NCBI GenBank assembly: GCA_001949185.1
Contig: BDGG01000011.1
Coordinates: 1,234,293-1,298,292 of the forward strand
Source: Ramazzottius varieornatus
Taxonomy: Eukaryota; Animalia; Tardigrada
Direction: 5' to 3'
DNA: 64,000 bases
The position numbers and the translations under genes were made by a program. This document shows, in pieces, positions 11,592-24,625 of this stretch. Below the pieces are notes generated by a model that saw only the letters and a list, made by a program, of their open reading frames with translations, did no database searches and was not told the origin of the DNA. Numbering within the stretch: position 1 is the first letter of the stretch; the number at the start of each line of letters is the position of its first letter.

Positions 11592-13150
11592 GAGGGAAAT
11601 GCCGAAATGGCGTCAACGACGTACGGTCTCGACATTGCGTTCCAGGAGATTCCAATTGCGACCATGATCTTCTTGGGCCAGTGCTTAACTGGCTGTTTGC
11701 GCCAGTCATCGGGAATTTCCAGCACACCATCCGTGTAGTAATATTCCGCTTCGGTGTTGCAGTTGTCGAGTGTCAACCATGTCTCGTCCATGGTGAAAAT
11801 CTTACTGATCCTGTCACCTTTCATGAGGGGATTATGCCTGTCCTCCGCCTTCCCGGAATATTCTGGTATGATAGAATGGTAGGGAAGAGTCTGCTCCATC
11901 ATCTGAAACTGGCGTAGACTGCCGAATGAAATCCTGGAAGCCTATACAGGAACCGAAAGTGACGTCAAAATCTGGGCGGTACATAGTTGGTCAGTCAAGC
12001 GGTTTGATTTCCATGTGGTTGATTCGTTGCTGATTGACAGAGCTACATCGTGCTTCAGCATGCAAGCTCATCACTTCTGTTATTGAGAATCCCTTTCTCC
12101 TATTCTTCTTCTTCCGATAGCACCATGGATCCAGTAACTACTGCAGTCGGACTACGAGCAACATTCTCAAATGAGCGACCCTCCGAGCGAATTTGACAGA
12201 ATGTTAGAGACATTCATCAAGGGTACTGTAAACTTTCACCGNNNNNNNNNNNNNNNNNNNNNNNNNNNNNNNNNNNNNNNNNNNNNNNNNNCGATACCGC
12301 CCAAAGGCACAGGCCACATACAGCCACTGGACGTTCTCAGATTCGATCGGAGGGTCGCTCATTTGAGAATGTTGCCCGTAGTCCGACTGCAGTAGTTACT
12401 GGATCCATGGTGCTATCGGAAGGAGAAGAATAGGAGAAAGGGATTCTCAATAACAGAAGTGATGAGCTTGCATGCTGAAGCACGATGTAGCTCTGTCAAT
12501 CAGCAACGAATCAACCACATGGAAATCAAACCGCTTGACTGACCAACTATGTACCGCCCAGATTTTGACGTCACTTTCGGTTCCTGTATAGGCTTCCAGG
12601 ATTTCATTCGGCAGTCTACGCCAGTTTCAGATGATGGAGCAGACTCTTCCCTACCATTCTATCATACCAGAATATTCCGGGAAGGAGGAGGACAGGCATA
12701 ATCCCCTCGTCAGATACGAAATAAACAATTCTCCTCGTTCGTACCGCTGTTCTCTCTGTGCTTCCGTCAAGTGGTGGACTTTCGCCTTCTTGCGCGCTTC
12801 CAAACCCGAATCTTTGTGGATGATGTTGTTTACCGTCCTCTGGGAACATCGCAGTTTACGAGCGAACTGTCTCTAGGAGTCTGGACTCTTTTTCAAGATC
12901 GCTTTCTTTACCTTCTTGATAGTGTCCTTGGAGCGCACCGAGGGAAGGTTTTGCGGCGGGAGTTGTTTCTCCGGCTTGGTCCAACCGATTTGCTTCTTTC
13001 CTTCTTCTCTGATCAGCCTGCCGATCGTTTTGTAATGGATGGGAGTCCCGAGGCTCGTAAGTCGCTTTGAAATCTCCTTATACGACAACCGTTCCGTATG
13101 TAACGCCTTGACCATCGCCTTCGTTTCAGAACTAGTTTCTAAACCCATCT
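11592..13150 (-). pseudogene. Tc1/IS630-like transposase, interrupted and 3'-truncated
   Basis: HTH region MVKALHTERLSYKEISKRL..S*RQFARKLRCSQRTVNNIIHKD..LTEAQREQRYERGELFISYL. After the insertion it continues KGDRISKIFTMDETW..KIMVAIGIS, carrying the first catalytic Asp. Confidence 0.82.
11824..12709 (+). mobile_element. Tc4/Tc5-like DNA transposon with ~360-bp TIRs and a 3-bp TCA/TGA duplication; interior in a gap
   Basis: 11824..~12186 is inverted at ~12346..12709. TCA flanks both sides (11821-23, 12710-12). Remnant DDE_1 motif IPPKGTGHIQPLDV near 12295. Confidence 0.82.
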
Positions 13151-15769
13151 GAGAAGTATACTCAACAAATGATGTGGGACGTGTCATCGAGAAAGTTGCG
13201 CTGGCCTGAAAACTTCTGGGAAGACTTTTCGGGCGACGTTTTCTCAAGACAAAACAAGTTTCATTAAGTGATCTTGATGTCGAAAAATAGCCAGACCTTC
13301 ACAACTGCAGTTTTGCGCAAATGTTGCTCGAAAACTGGTGAACTGAAAAATATGGTCCATTTCAAATTTTGATTACCGCAGAGCGCGACGACTGCTTTTA
13401 TGCGTTTTCACCCCTTCACTTGACAAATTCCTCCGCAACCCGGAGATCAGAACTGCTCAACTCTAAGGGATCAGATACTACAAACATGGATCTATCCTTA
13501 ACGAAAAAGGTACGCTTCTTTGTCGATAAGAAGGCTCGCGTTGGCGCTTTTTCGAAAGGGGAAGAAATTCCAGAAAAACCGAAAATCAGCAGTTTTGGGT
13601 CAATTCTTCCCGCGACGTTGATTCAATATTTTCTCTTTCGACTCACCGAAATAAAACAACCTCTTGGACACATTTGTTGATAGTAACGAAGTTGGTAGAA
13701 CTACAGTTTCAGTTTGCACGCCCCGGTTTAAGTGTTTTGGATCCTCTTGCGGATTTACTTTGGCATTCTTTTCCAAAATCAAATTTCACTCGATTATCTT
13801 GCGAGTCTGATTGAAACATAAGCAATAGTTTGCCAAGTTTGTTGAGAAAATAAATCAGCTGATTCAAGGAAACCGAAATTTTCCAAGGAAAGGAAACAGT
13901 CATGGGGTCAACTTGGCTGAATCAGACTGTATAAGTAGGACTAGCAAGGGGTACACCCCTGGAAAAGTCTCGCTCAGTGCCCGAAACTCGCAGAAACATG
14001 ACGACTTCGTAGACCACTGACACCCCAAACAAACCTAGATCGAGCCTCCGAACAGCACCGGTCAGTGCTGGACGGAGACCTGTCAGAGGTGCTTCAAACA
14101 GCAAGAGGTTACGCTCCTGCCGCTCGAGGCCACTCAGCCCGAGCCCACACAGTTCATGCTTGAAAACAGGATCTTGACCGCCTCCTTTGGTCGTTCGGTT
14201 ACCGATTCATAAAGCAGGCTGTTCGTCGCAAGAGCTGCGCTGATAGTTTCGTGGAACCGAGCGAATCCACGAACTTGCAACAACAACCAGCGCAGCTCCA
14301 GCAACTCACTGTCACCGTTAGTATTCTACTCTCGCGATACACGGCGACAAACTTCTGGCGTCAGGCCACCGGTTTACGTAGTGGATGTTGAGTCGATCAA
14401 CCGTATAGGCGCTTGTTTTAGCCTCAGTTTTTGAGTGGCTGTTCAAAACATGACGTTTCAGTACGTCTGATGCCGATGTAGGGTGACGTAGAAGAGCTCG
14501 TATGCAATCGTTTAATCGCTATGCAAATGCGTGAGATTTTGGTTTTGTGCACTGGGTATAACGCGCCGACCAATGACCATCTGTTGGCTCCGAGTCCGCC
14601 TTAAAAACTGCCATCACGTGGGTGGTGAAACTTAACATGGGGACACTTCCGACTAAGAACGCCTCGCTTCGCTCAGCTTGATAAGTCAGCTGTAGCATCG
14701 ATTTTTTCACGCTATTCCGAGCTCTACACCAAAGTTCATTCACTAAAAGGCTCGGCTGAAACCAGTGCGGATAACGCTCAACCTATAAGACGAGCTCTGG
14801 AAGACCGAAGAAAGCCGTCACAGGTCTTACACCGACCTCGGAAGTTCCGGAAACATCGGCGAACTGCGGGAACCATTCCGCGGCTGCTGCTGCAGATGGT
14901 CAGCTAGCGGTAAGCAGTCGGTACTGATGGATTTTCTAATGATAGTTCTCGGTTGGACTATTGGACCTTTTGTTCCGCATCTGTTTGTGAACATATTGTC
15001 GGCTAGTTTTCCGCGTTTATCTATATTGTCCGGATATTTATTTTTATTTCTGTTTATATACTTTTATTGCCGGCTAGTTTTTTGCGCATATTCATTTTGA
15101 CCATAGGAGTGCAGCAAGCGCTTGCCGGCGACATCAGCAGCACCGCGACGAACGCCACGGCGGCAGAGTCAGCTTTCCGAAAGGCTTCAGCAGCGTCTAG
15201 CAGTCGTCAAGAAGAAAGGCTTAGCCAGTCAGCCGAGGGCCATGTCAGAGCGAAGGCTGGCAAGACCTCATGTCGCACAGAGCCTGTAGCATTAGGTCGG
15301 AACTGGCGGACCCATCAGCAGTAACATCCATCGGGTTACGGAACATCCTTCCAAGGCAACGCCGTACTGTCCGCAGATCCTGGACAAAGTCTACTACTAC
15401 CGTGACTACTATACGAGAGTTCGCGAATGCATTGTGGACCACGGAATTGCCGGCCACGAAGGTGTTTCGGTAGCAGCGAGGCAGCCATGCTCCAAAGAGG
15501 TGAACCTAAAGTTCAAGGTACTCGTGTCGTTGCCTATAACGCTTATTGTCTCGTGTCGTTTATTGTCCAAGAACTGTCTTTTTCCAGAGAGGAGAAAACG
15601 GCGAAAAACTTTAATAAGCAAGTCATATGGTTCATTAAGTTCAGTCTGGCTCATTCTGGGTTAGAAAACGTCGTTCAGCTTGCAGAGCTGTCACGTAAAC
15701 TGTTACCCAACGACGGATTCAATAAACGTTGTTCTCTGCTGCAGTCTCCAGGATGTACTTTCTGAAGAC

Positions 15770-16070
15770 GACTTCCTCACACTGAAACAGTACGACGAGT
15801 GAGGCCTAACTTCGTCCGTTTGCGGAACTGGTGACAATTTTGTCCACTGACGTTTTCTCGCAAACCTTCCGCTACCAGAATCCAAGACTAATTCACAAGT
15901 ACTGTATCTTCGAACACCTAGCTTTCTTCCTACGTAATCAGAAGTGAGGAGAAATGGAAGATCGTTACGGGAGAAAGTCCAGAGCGGAAGTCGTTTCGGA
16001 CATTCGTTCGGTATCAGGGAACACGCTTTCTGCAGAGGGCACAACACGCCGGGCCAGGTAAACCACATAT
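15770..16070 (-). repeat. Diverged dispersed repeat, copy A (copy B ~39650..39930 +)
   Basis: The reverse complement aligns with the 39650 region. Conceptual translations WFTWPGVLCPLQKACSLI and WFIWLGLSCPLQRKCSLI show the similarity. Confidence 0.65.
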
Positions 16071-17759
16071 GTGCCCGTCCCGGCAGAATCCCACGCTTCT
16101 CAAGGTATGCCCAAGGTTAACGATGACGCAACACAGCCGTTTTCATTCAAAATCGGAACGGCTAAAACTTCGTACACTTCCGAGCGAAAACGCTGTGTTT
16201 ATGCAAATTCAATCCTTTTGCGCCATCGATGGCTTCCCTTCTCTCTCTCCCTTCTTCTCGAATGGCTTATCCTGCTTGTACGAACTATGCGGGATGATCG
16301 TCCACGAGCTTTGCGAATTCAGAAGGCTGTCGTTTTGTTGCGATGTACTCAACATCCATGGGTCATCCACGGAGAGAGTTACCTTCTACCTTGAAGATGT
16401 TCTCCTGCGACTCCTGCTCATACCTCGACCTGCAGTGGTCGGCTTAAAACCATCCAGGTATCGAGCTCTGGCTCAATACTAGTTCTCGGTTCTATGAACC
16501 GAATGGAGGAAAGGAAATGTGAAGGAAAGAAGTTGCACTAGTTCAACTGCCAGCAGTTTTCCGTCTTCTGGTGGCGCATGACGTCACCGGAAGTGACAAC
16601 CCAAACTGAAAGAGGGTCTTTGGGGGAAAGTTGTCTGTTACAGCCACTTTTCTCCTGCATCCTTGGCTTTGACTGCTAGGTATGAACTTTCGCCTACGTT
16701 TTGCGAGTGCAATCAGCGAAATCTCTCCACGTTTCAGGAAGATATGTCTGTGTGAAGCACGGTCGTCAAAGCGTGATGTACCTCGATGCAGCACTCTTTG
16801 ACAGTCATCGAGTCAAGGCCTGAATTTCACTGCGAACGCGGAACGGTTAAATCTTTGTGCACTTCTCCTGAGTTGCCCTATGAACGCCGGCTGACTCTTG
16901 TCTAATTTCGCAGCTGGCACCGCCATCTTCAGAACTTGAGTGGACAAAGTGTTCTCGTGGACAAAGTAGGCCTCGCTCCTCATACCTTGACGAGGCCGAG
17001 CAGTCGTATGACGACAGTCGAGAAGGTAAATCCGAGAAGACGAAAAGCCGACATTTTTAAAAGGGAGGCGAGTTTCCCGCGAAGTTTTCCGTGAACAGTA
17101 CGTCTTTGAGAGTTTTTCTGCTAAACACCTGTCGCTCTCTCCTTTTGAAAGCGTATTCATCCTGGTCTTAATCGTTGAAGCCTTCGAGTACTGAAACCAA
17201 AGTCGGTCATGCTTTTGCTTCGCGGAGCCTGAACCGGCGAATAGCGCTACTGTTACGAAGACATCTCTGAATGCTCATGCCATTCACCCAGACGAGTGGT
17301 CGGAGGAGGACGCTAATCTCTTCGGAACTCGTCTACTGCCATTCTACAAGAAATGCTGAAATCAGAATGGATAATGGCCGGCTGGTTCCAGACCATGGAA
17401 AGAACTACGAAATACAGGTTGCCTATCTTTTCCACTTAGAGCTGATCCGGCAACGTTTGTCGAATCGGGTGTACCGGTACTCGTATGCGTTCGTGCACAT
17501 ATATTACTTGTTATTACAACGTACCGATTTGTGTTGATCAGTTATTCAAGTGCCAGGCGGAAGCAGGCGCTCATCTTCGATGATCAACATCTAACCTCTG
17601 CCGCTGTGCATGTGCTCAACGTATTTTTGAGACTTACACATGTATTCTCTGAAATTAGGGTTTAGACAGACGCTGATTTTCAGTACGCGTAACTCTGTAC
17701 TGTGGCTTATTCACAATCGGTAGGACCCTGTGACTTTAACGGCCTGCTATGAAGGCGTA

Positions 17760-17899
17760 CTGTATTCCCTCGAAAGTTCTGCGCAGTCACATGACAGGCC
17801 CATAAAATACGCCTGGTGGCTAACGACTCTACGATAATCATCCGGGGCCTAATTTATCGGCCTGGCATATGACTGCGCAGAGCTTTCGAGGGAACACAG
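17760..17899. mobile_element. 140-bp MITE with TA target duplication
   Basis: TA|CTGTATTCCCTCGAAAGTTCTGCGCAGTCA...TGACTGCGCAGAGCTTTCGAGGGAACACAG|TA. Confidence 0.85.
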
Positions 17900-17971
17900 T
17901 AAATGTTTGCGCATGGCAAGCCGTTCTGCGTCGCCTCCTACCCATTTTGAATAAGCCTGTGAAGCTGCGAC

Positions 17972-18620
17972 CAGTGTTATTTTACTATGACTTTTGGAAT
18001 TTTAATTCCCATTACGATTATTAAAATTCTACCAGGTTTCATAATTTTAATTGCAGGAAATGGTTCTCGTAGACTTGTCTATTATCTATTAATTTTACTG
18101 ATGTTAGCAGCAGCAATTTAAATTCTTTCAATTGCTGGGCGATGGTAATTGGCACGTTTCACGCCATGCTGACGCACTGTTAGATCTTCATTCGTTGAAT
18201 CAATGTACCGCAGCAGAACAAAACGCACAACTTACGGTGCGCGAAAACGAAACTATGTGGTGCTCAACTCGTTTTGCACAACCCGGTGCGCAAACTGACC
18301 TTATACGCAGTACCGAGGATACGTTTCGTGGATATTGTCTAAGGTCAAACAATAGAAACCATGCAAAAAATACCATCGATTGCACAGTTTTAACCTCTTT
18401 TCCGCATTTCAGGCCCGTTTTAATTGCCGTTTGGCCTAATTTTTAATTATCTATTTTACTATCCCACCATCCAGCCGGTTTTACTATGGTTTTACTATGG
18501 TTTTACTATATAGTAAAATCTGTCGGCTGAGTTTGGCAATTTTAATTGCGATAGTAAAATTCAAAAGAGCCGATTTTTGGCCATTTTCAATTATCTATTA
18601 CAATCATTAAAATAACACTG
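17972..18620. mobile_element. Non-autonomous hAT-like element
   Basis: TIR CAGTGTTATTTT/AAAATAACACTG with an 8-bp duplication GCTGCGAC/GCTGCCAC. Subterminal regions have repeated TTTTACTAT and TTTTAATT motifs. Confidence 0.82.
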
Positions 18621-19072
18621 GCTGCCACGACTTTTGTACACTAATTCGACAGGGTGGCGCATTAATTTTCACTGTGGTGTTTGCGATTACTGGATTGCGG
18701 TTAAACTGTCGGAAAGAATGGGCGACTCATTGCTTTTCTCACACTTACGAAGGGTCTCGCTTCGCTCGGCCTGACTAGACCTGAAAATTTACCGCCCAAA
18801 TGGTACGCCACTACTCTTTGGTCTACTTCCTCATCCGAATGGAAGAGAATCTGTCTGATTTACGTATATTACATGCACAGTAATTGGCGGCAATATCGTA
18901 CCAACTCTTGTCAAACAGGCAGTCCGTACTGAGAGCCAGAGTTCTTTCCAAGGTTAGCTGAACTGACTTCTGGTCCGACAACCAAAATTATTGTGCTGTG
19001 GTAGAACGAGGTAAGGCTATCATTCCGTGAATCAGGAAGTGCTACATGTGCTCTACGCGCAGATCTTTGAGC

Positions 19073-19657
19073 ATGCCGAAAAACATGCCGAGGAGCATCC
19101 CTGGGAGAGCGCGCGGAGGGCGGTACATCAGTCCTTGCGTGAAAGAATATCTGGAAAAGAGAGGCATCTGGGATCCGGAAAACGAAGAAGATGGCTTCAT
19201 CAACTACTTCCACGAGAAGAAAGACGAACCGGGAAAACTGATCCTCTGGGTAAACAGTCACCTGCTGAACCTGACCAAGCTGCTAGCAGATCAGCTATAT
19301 CATGCCTGGGGAATTCTCACGAAGACCAACAAAAGCACGCTGGAGATCGTGAACCTCAGCTTGTACCTCATCACAGTCGTGACAACCACCGTTCTCACTA
19401 TATGGCACTGTCGAAGGCTAACGCGGGAGGGATCGCTGCTCGTAATCCTGATGGTTCTCCTGGGCGGCTGGGCCGGAACAGGCCTTCTTACAAGCAACGA
19501 TCGTGCGGACGATGGTGACTCCAAATCTTCTATGAAAAAGGGCGAAAACTTCGGTTCTCCCAGTTGCACTATCACCACTATCAACGGTGACACCACAATG
19601 ACCTGCACCTTTCCGCCACGTTTTGCAGCTCAAAGACTGAACTGTCTGGTAGTGTAA
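19073..19657 (+). CDS. Hypothetical membrane protein with two hydrophobic helices
   Basis: Open frame of ~194 aa, preceded by a plausible 5'UTR intron (GTAAG 19011..CAG ~19062). TM-like segments IVNLSLYLITVVTTTVLTIW and LLVILMVLLGGWAG. Confidence 0.55.
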   Translation: MPKNMPRSIPGRARGGRYISPCVKEYLEKRGIWDPENEEDGFINYFHEKKDEPGKLILWVNSHLLNLTKLLADQLYHAWGILTKTNKSTLEIVNLSLYLITVVTTTVLTIWHCRRLTREGSLLVILMVLLGGWAGTGLLTSNDRADDGDSKSSMKKGENFGSPSCTITTINGDTTMTCTFPPRFAAQRLNCLVV

Positions 19658-22605
19658 CAACTACTTCTGGAGTTTCCAGTGGCACTGTACCTTCGCCTCA
19701 CATGGCCAACGATCGAAAACAGGAAAAGGTAACCTGTTACTTGTAGTAAGGGCACTACGTAAGAAATTTTGAAGTCAGATCTTTTACTCGAGAACGTCTG
19801 CCAGATGTCGACAACGCCGCAGCGGCTTGACTGTTTTCTACAGTTCCACCACGCATCCCTGCACAAAGTCATTTGACATCGCTTACGAGTTAATGTGACT
19901 GGATGCCAGTAGAAGTTAGGCACTTAGCAGACCACATGGGCCCAAATAGCGATGTCAGAATAGGCTGCCATCGACAAGATTTGGCGACGCCGAAATGTCA
20001 GGTTCCGGGGAGCAAAATGATTATTTTCTGTTGAAATCGTTACCCTGCCTTTGCAGTTTTGTAGCGAAGGGTTCGCAAAGTATCATACCTATTTTCTAGC
20101 GGCATCCACTCACCCGTTTTTGGGGCGTAATTCTGACGGCGTAAAAGGTTTAACGTTATAGTCCATGCGTGATTCATTTCTCATCGTACGCTTTTTGACA
20201 CGTTTAGGTTGTTTAACATTAGGTAGACCCCTCTTCCTTCCAAGATCAGTTTGTTCAGTTCACAACTTCTCACCATCCCAAACCTATCGAATGCTGTAGG
20301 AAACAAGTTTACCTATGTGGAAAACGAAAAACTACAGAAGCTGGTGCAGTGGGTTCAGAGATGTAAACCGTCAGAATCGTGTCCCAAAAAAGGGTGCGGC
20401 AGAATTATATCCTCTCCCTCGGATTGTTTACAGCGGCTCTCCAGCGGATACGATGAGTCTTCGCGATGAGCATAATCGTATCATGCCTGAACTAACACGG
20501 TACGGTTCCAGTTCGCGGAGTAAGATAGCCTAAATAATTAGCTTAACCCTTTTTTACAGATCAATCAATGCCGACCCTTGCTGTGCTTTACTCATCCGAT
20601 TTGCAATTGTGACCGAAATTTTCCTCCACCGTTATATGGTCTACCTCCTGGTCCGAAACACACATACGCGCCAATTTTCTTGATTTATGGGACAATAGAT
20701 GTTTCACGTGACTCATCGAGTTCAGCCTTCGCCCGATCTCCTTCTTCGAGTGCGCGATACAACGTCTAACCGTTCACTGATAAATGGGTATCGACAGTTC
20801 AATTGTGAGGTTAACGGTCGCTGATCAAGTTGTTCAGGAGTCGACTTCTGGAACTTGGAACCCTAAGAACATAGTTGAACCGGGATCGTGTATGGTAAGA
20901 CATGTTGATCACGTGCTCCACTTTGGACGTGCAGAATTTGATACTTGATGAACCTAGCATTGTACGATTGCCGAGCACTTTGTAAGAATACCGCGCACTT
21001 GACGTACGACTAAGTAGACGAATTGATTGGTATTGATTGCGCTCTTCGGGTTTTCTTCGAAAAGTTCAGCGCTGTGACGTATACCCAGAAAATGTTGCAG
21101 GATTTCCTGGCTATCTCCAGGATCATCCCTCGACGTCCTCCGATTTTCAGCAGGTAAGCTGGCTGACTCTCTGGGATTCCCAATGGGAAACTGACGCAGC
21201 AGTAAGTGGGCAGTGTGATCAGCAATTTTAGCTCAATAAGTTGTAAAGTTAGGGCAAAGTTGTAAAGTTAGGCACCGAACATTGGGAGTAGGCCCTCATA
21301 TGGCCTACGCTTTATAAGATGCAGCTCACCTTACAACTTCGGCCTACGCCGGTCAAGCTTGCAACTTTGCCCTCGTAGAATCGTTCTGACATCAAACCTC
21401 CACGATGGGGTATTTTTAGCTGTTAATCGTCCCTAAAAGTTGCTGGAATATTTTTCGAGAAAGGGCAAACAGTTTAGTACGACTTCTAGCCGTGAAGCAG
21501 CGTGGCGATGCTAGCAGTCGATGAGCCTGAATAGTGCCAACAAGTTCATGTCGAAAAAGGAGTCATTCGGAGCTACAAGAGTCATCCCCAAACTGGACAG
21601 CCGAAACCAAAATGTTGTTTCTCCTAGAATATTCCTCTTGGCAAATTTTAAATGACGTTAAATGTTCCATGATCAGATCCACGAATGAGACACAAAATAA
21701 GACTTTCGAACTAAGATTCAGAAATGAGATCGTGACAACGGTTTCCACCAGGGGCTCGCACTCTCTGATTGTAAATTGCTGTAAGACCGAACGATATCCT
21801 GTGAGAGATCAAAGTGTTGACAACCGACTTGCGAGTTCGTGGCGACGCCATTGTATGCAACAGTATCGAAAAGGATCGGAATACCTGAAGTACGCAACAA
21901 TATTTTGACCATCGGGATACCATGTCGCCTGTGTACTTTAGGCATATCTACCGGTGGCGCCATGTAGGCCACTGCAAAACCATGCCTGAACGTCTTCGCC
22001 CAATGGACGAAATTACCATTCAAGCCGTAGAGACCCCACCGTTCTTTCATTAGAAGTCACCTACAGCGAGAGCGGAAGTCCGCCAGCGGAGCGTGCATGT
22101 TTACTCGGAGTGTCGCACGTTATGTTTTCGCTGGCGGACCTCCGCATCCGCTACTGACGGCATTCAAAAGGCAGAACATGGGGTCACACGACAATCGTTT
22201 GTAGTCGGCAATTCAGTTGATGAGTTAACGACTGAATCAACTAAATTTCCCGGGCAAAACAGTTGACTCGGGAAATTTACTTGATTCTTCAGAACCCATT
22301 TCACACACACATTTTACAGCGCAGCCGACAGTTTTCGGAACGACTCAATTATCCACCGAGCGAGAAAATCTGCCATGCTTGGGGCTGGATCGTTTGAAAG
22401 ATGAAGCGAGATATAATGTGTCGCCAAATGCGAGGCTCCCAGATTAAAATGAATATGCCACCGGAATTCTATATCGAAACCACAACGCCGTATCTAGCGT
22501 AAAATATTCTCGCTAGCGCGGTGGAACATAATTTGAACTAGAATTCGTCCGGGCGAATTATCCAGACATCGATAGGTTTTACATCCCCCGCCCGACAGGT
22601 CTTTG

Positions 22606-23029
22606 ATCTCGTGCAGTTCTGAACGGGAGCTGCACGAGATACAGCTTGGTTCAGCTTGCTACGAAGCTACGGGTGTACCTTGCGTTTTAAAGGTGCGAAC
22701 TGCCGAGTTTTGATTGGTCGGCAAACAATACCGGCAAGTTGCAGCTGGCTGAGTTCTGGCGTTGCGTACAAAGTCGTAAAGCGCAGACACCTTAAGGCTA
22801 GAAGGTTCCTTCAGCTTCTGATATCGAAAAACTGACTTTCTCCAGCAGGCGCTGATCAAAACTACCATATTATGATCCTACGAGGTGCACAGACCACTTG
22901 GGCACTCGGTGGCATAAAGTTTGGGCGCGCGCCATAACCCATATTTTGCCGAAGTATGGGTTATAGCTCCACACCACCCTCAACCAAGCTGTATCTCGCG
23001 CAACTTCCGTCTGGAACTGCGAGGGATAT
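22606..23029. mobile_element. Degenerate MITE-like element with ~45-bp imperfect TIRs
   Basis: GCAGTTCTGAACGGGAGCTGCACGAGATACAGCTTGGTT is inverted as AACCAAGCTGTATCTCGCGCAACTTCCGTCTGGAACTGC. Confidence 0.6.
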
Positions 23030-24625
23030 CAAACCTGTCGGAAGGGGGATGTAGAACCTATCGATGGCTGTATGATCCTCCCAATCCTCCCGAATCCTAG
23101 TTCAGCAGTATTAATTTCCCAGTTGCCCGTACTTACTGATATTTTAAAAGCCGACAACCCATGCACATTTTGCTCAAATCCTCGAAAGTGTGTGAGATTG
23201 GCGGAAACTTTTTCCAATATTCCGTACCATGTAGTCTGTACACCAAACATTCGTGGGTTTTCCCTGTACTCTTGATGTCTTGTTGGGAAAGACCACTTTG
23301 ACATGTGAATTGTTTAGCTCCTCCAAGTCCAGCATATTGCCATAACTAATCCCCAAATGGAAACGACCGTTTTCCGGATGATGTAATCGTGATCCAGGGC
23401 CTGTGCACTACATCGAAATATGGCATATTACGACTGGGACAACCCGTGGCTAATTTGCTCAAACACCACACGATAATATTCGAGAAGAAAAGATAGGAAG
23501 TTCGATCCATGAAACATTTGGCTCGTGACCAATTCCACCACACGTTAACCGAGTCAGAACCCGCACCCATCGGCGCAATTACCACCACGAAATCTCATGG
23601 CGAACCACGGATCCATCCTGATATACAGCTCCTGGCCATATTCCACGTACCATCAACAGAGCGCAAACCGTCAGCCAAGAACCTCGAAAGCTTGTCTGCT
23701 GTGGTTGATCGAATAGTCGGATAGCATGTCGTACGATAGGGATAGGTCGAGCGACAGTTGGCTCGTGAGCTAGTGCGCCATCTTTAAATTCGAGTCCTTA
23801 GTATATATTAAGTTCCGTGCGCGTGCAAGAACTGAATAATTGCGTTCGAACTGTTGCTCGGCAGGTCAGATAGAAGTTAAGAGTGCCTCTGTCAAAGACT
23901 TACCGACTGTAGGTACCGCACTTTGAACGACCAGCGTGGTAACGCCAGCCCAGCTACTATCATGGCGAAAGCTATCGACCACGTGGCCATCAGGATCAGC
24001 TTGGCGCCAAAGTCGCCGCCTGTGATTGCGGGCGGAGGTGCAAATCCTCGCCCAGTGATCAACCGAAGTACGAACGCTCTTGTTAATCTGCAATGTTGGC
24101 CCGGGTCTGCTGTGTGCGCATACCCCCGACAGGTGACTACCCCTATGATCAAAACCAATGCTCTCATCAGTGGCATTTTGGTTTCTGGCAGATGCAGCAG
24201 TGCATTTTTTTCTTGTGTGTCATTCCTCCTCGAAGATACTTGCCCAGCAGGAACGAGCCAGATCACCAACTTACCGTATGTTTACAGAGAAAACATGCTC
24301 GTAAATTGCATCACGCAACCAAGCTGTAAGGTTTCCCGACAAAGTGCCCACACTGATCGGAGCCCGTACCGGGAACGCTTACTTGTTATTCTATTCTATC
24401 GATTTCGCCGGCGTGATGAGCTGATTGCGTACTCGTGTCAGCTGAACACAAAGAGCATCCCTCTACATCAATCTGCCTTTACAACCACACCGAACACAGG
24501 AATCGTTTTGCGAGGCTTCCGTGCACAATAGGCCTACCCTCGATTTCACCAACCCAATCCCATGATGGGGAGTTTAGCGGTTAGATGCCCTTTAGACAGT
24601 CTACCGGCTTTCGACTTGACGAGCC

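Noticed and set aside
13990-15530. Coding-like GC-rich segments with splice-like signals
   Set aside because: Several stops and no recognisable domain, so no gene model could be supported.
21236-21377. Short repeats GTTGTAAAGTTAGG with inverted GCAACTTTGCCCTCGTA
   Set aside because: Probably a MITE remnant, but only one end is definable.
23030-24531. ORFs with signal-peptide or TM-like stretches on either strand
   Set aside because: No consistent exon chain or family motif.
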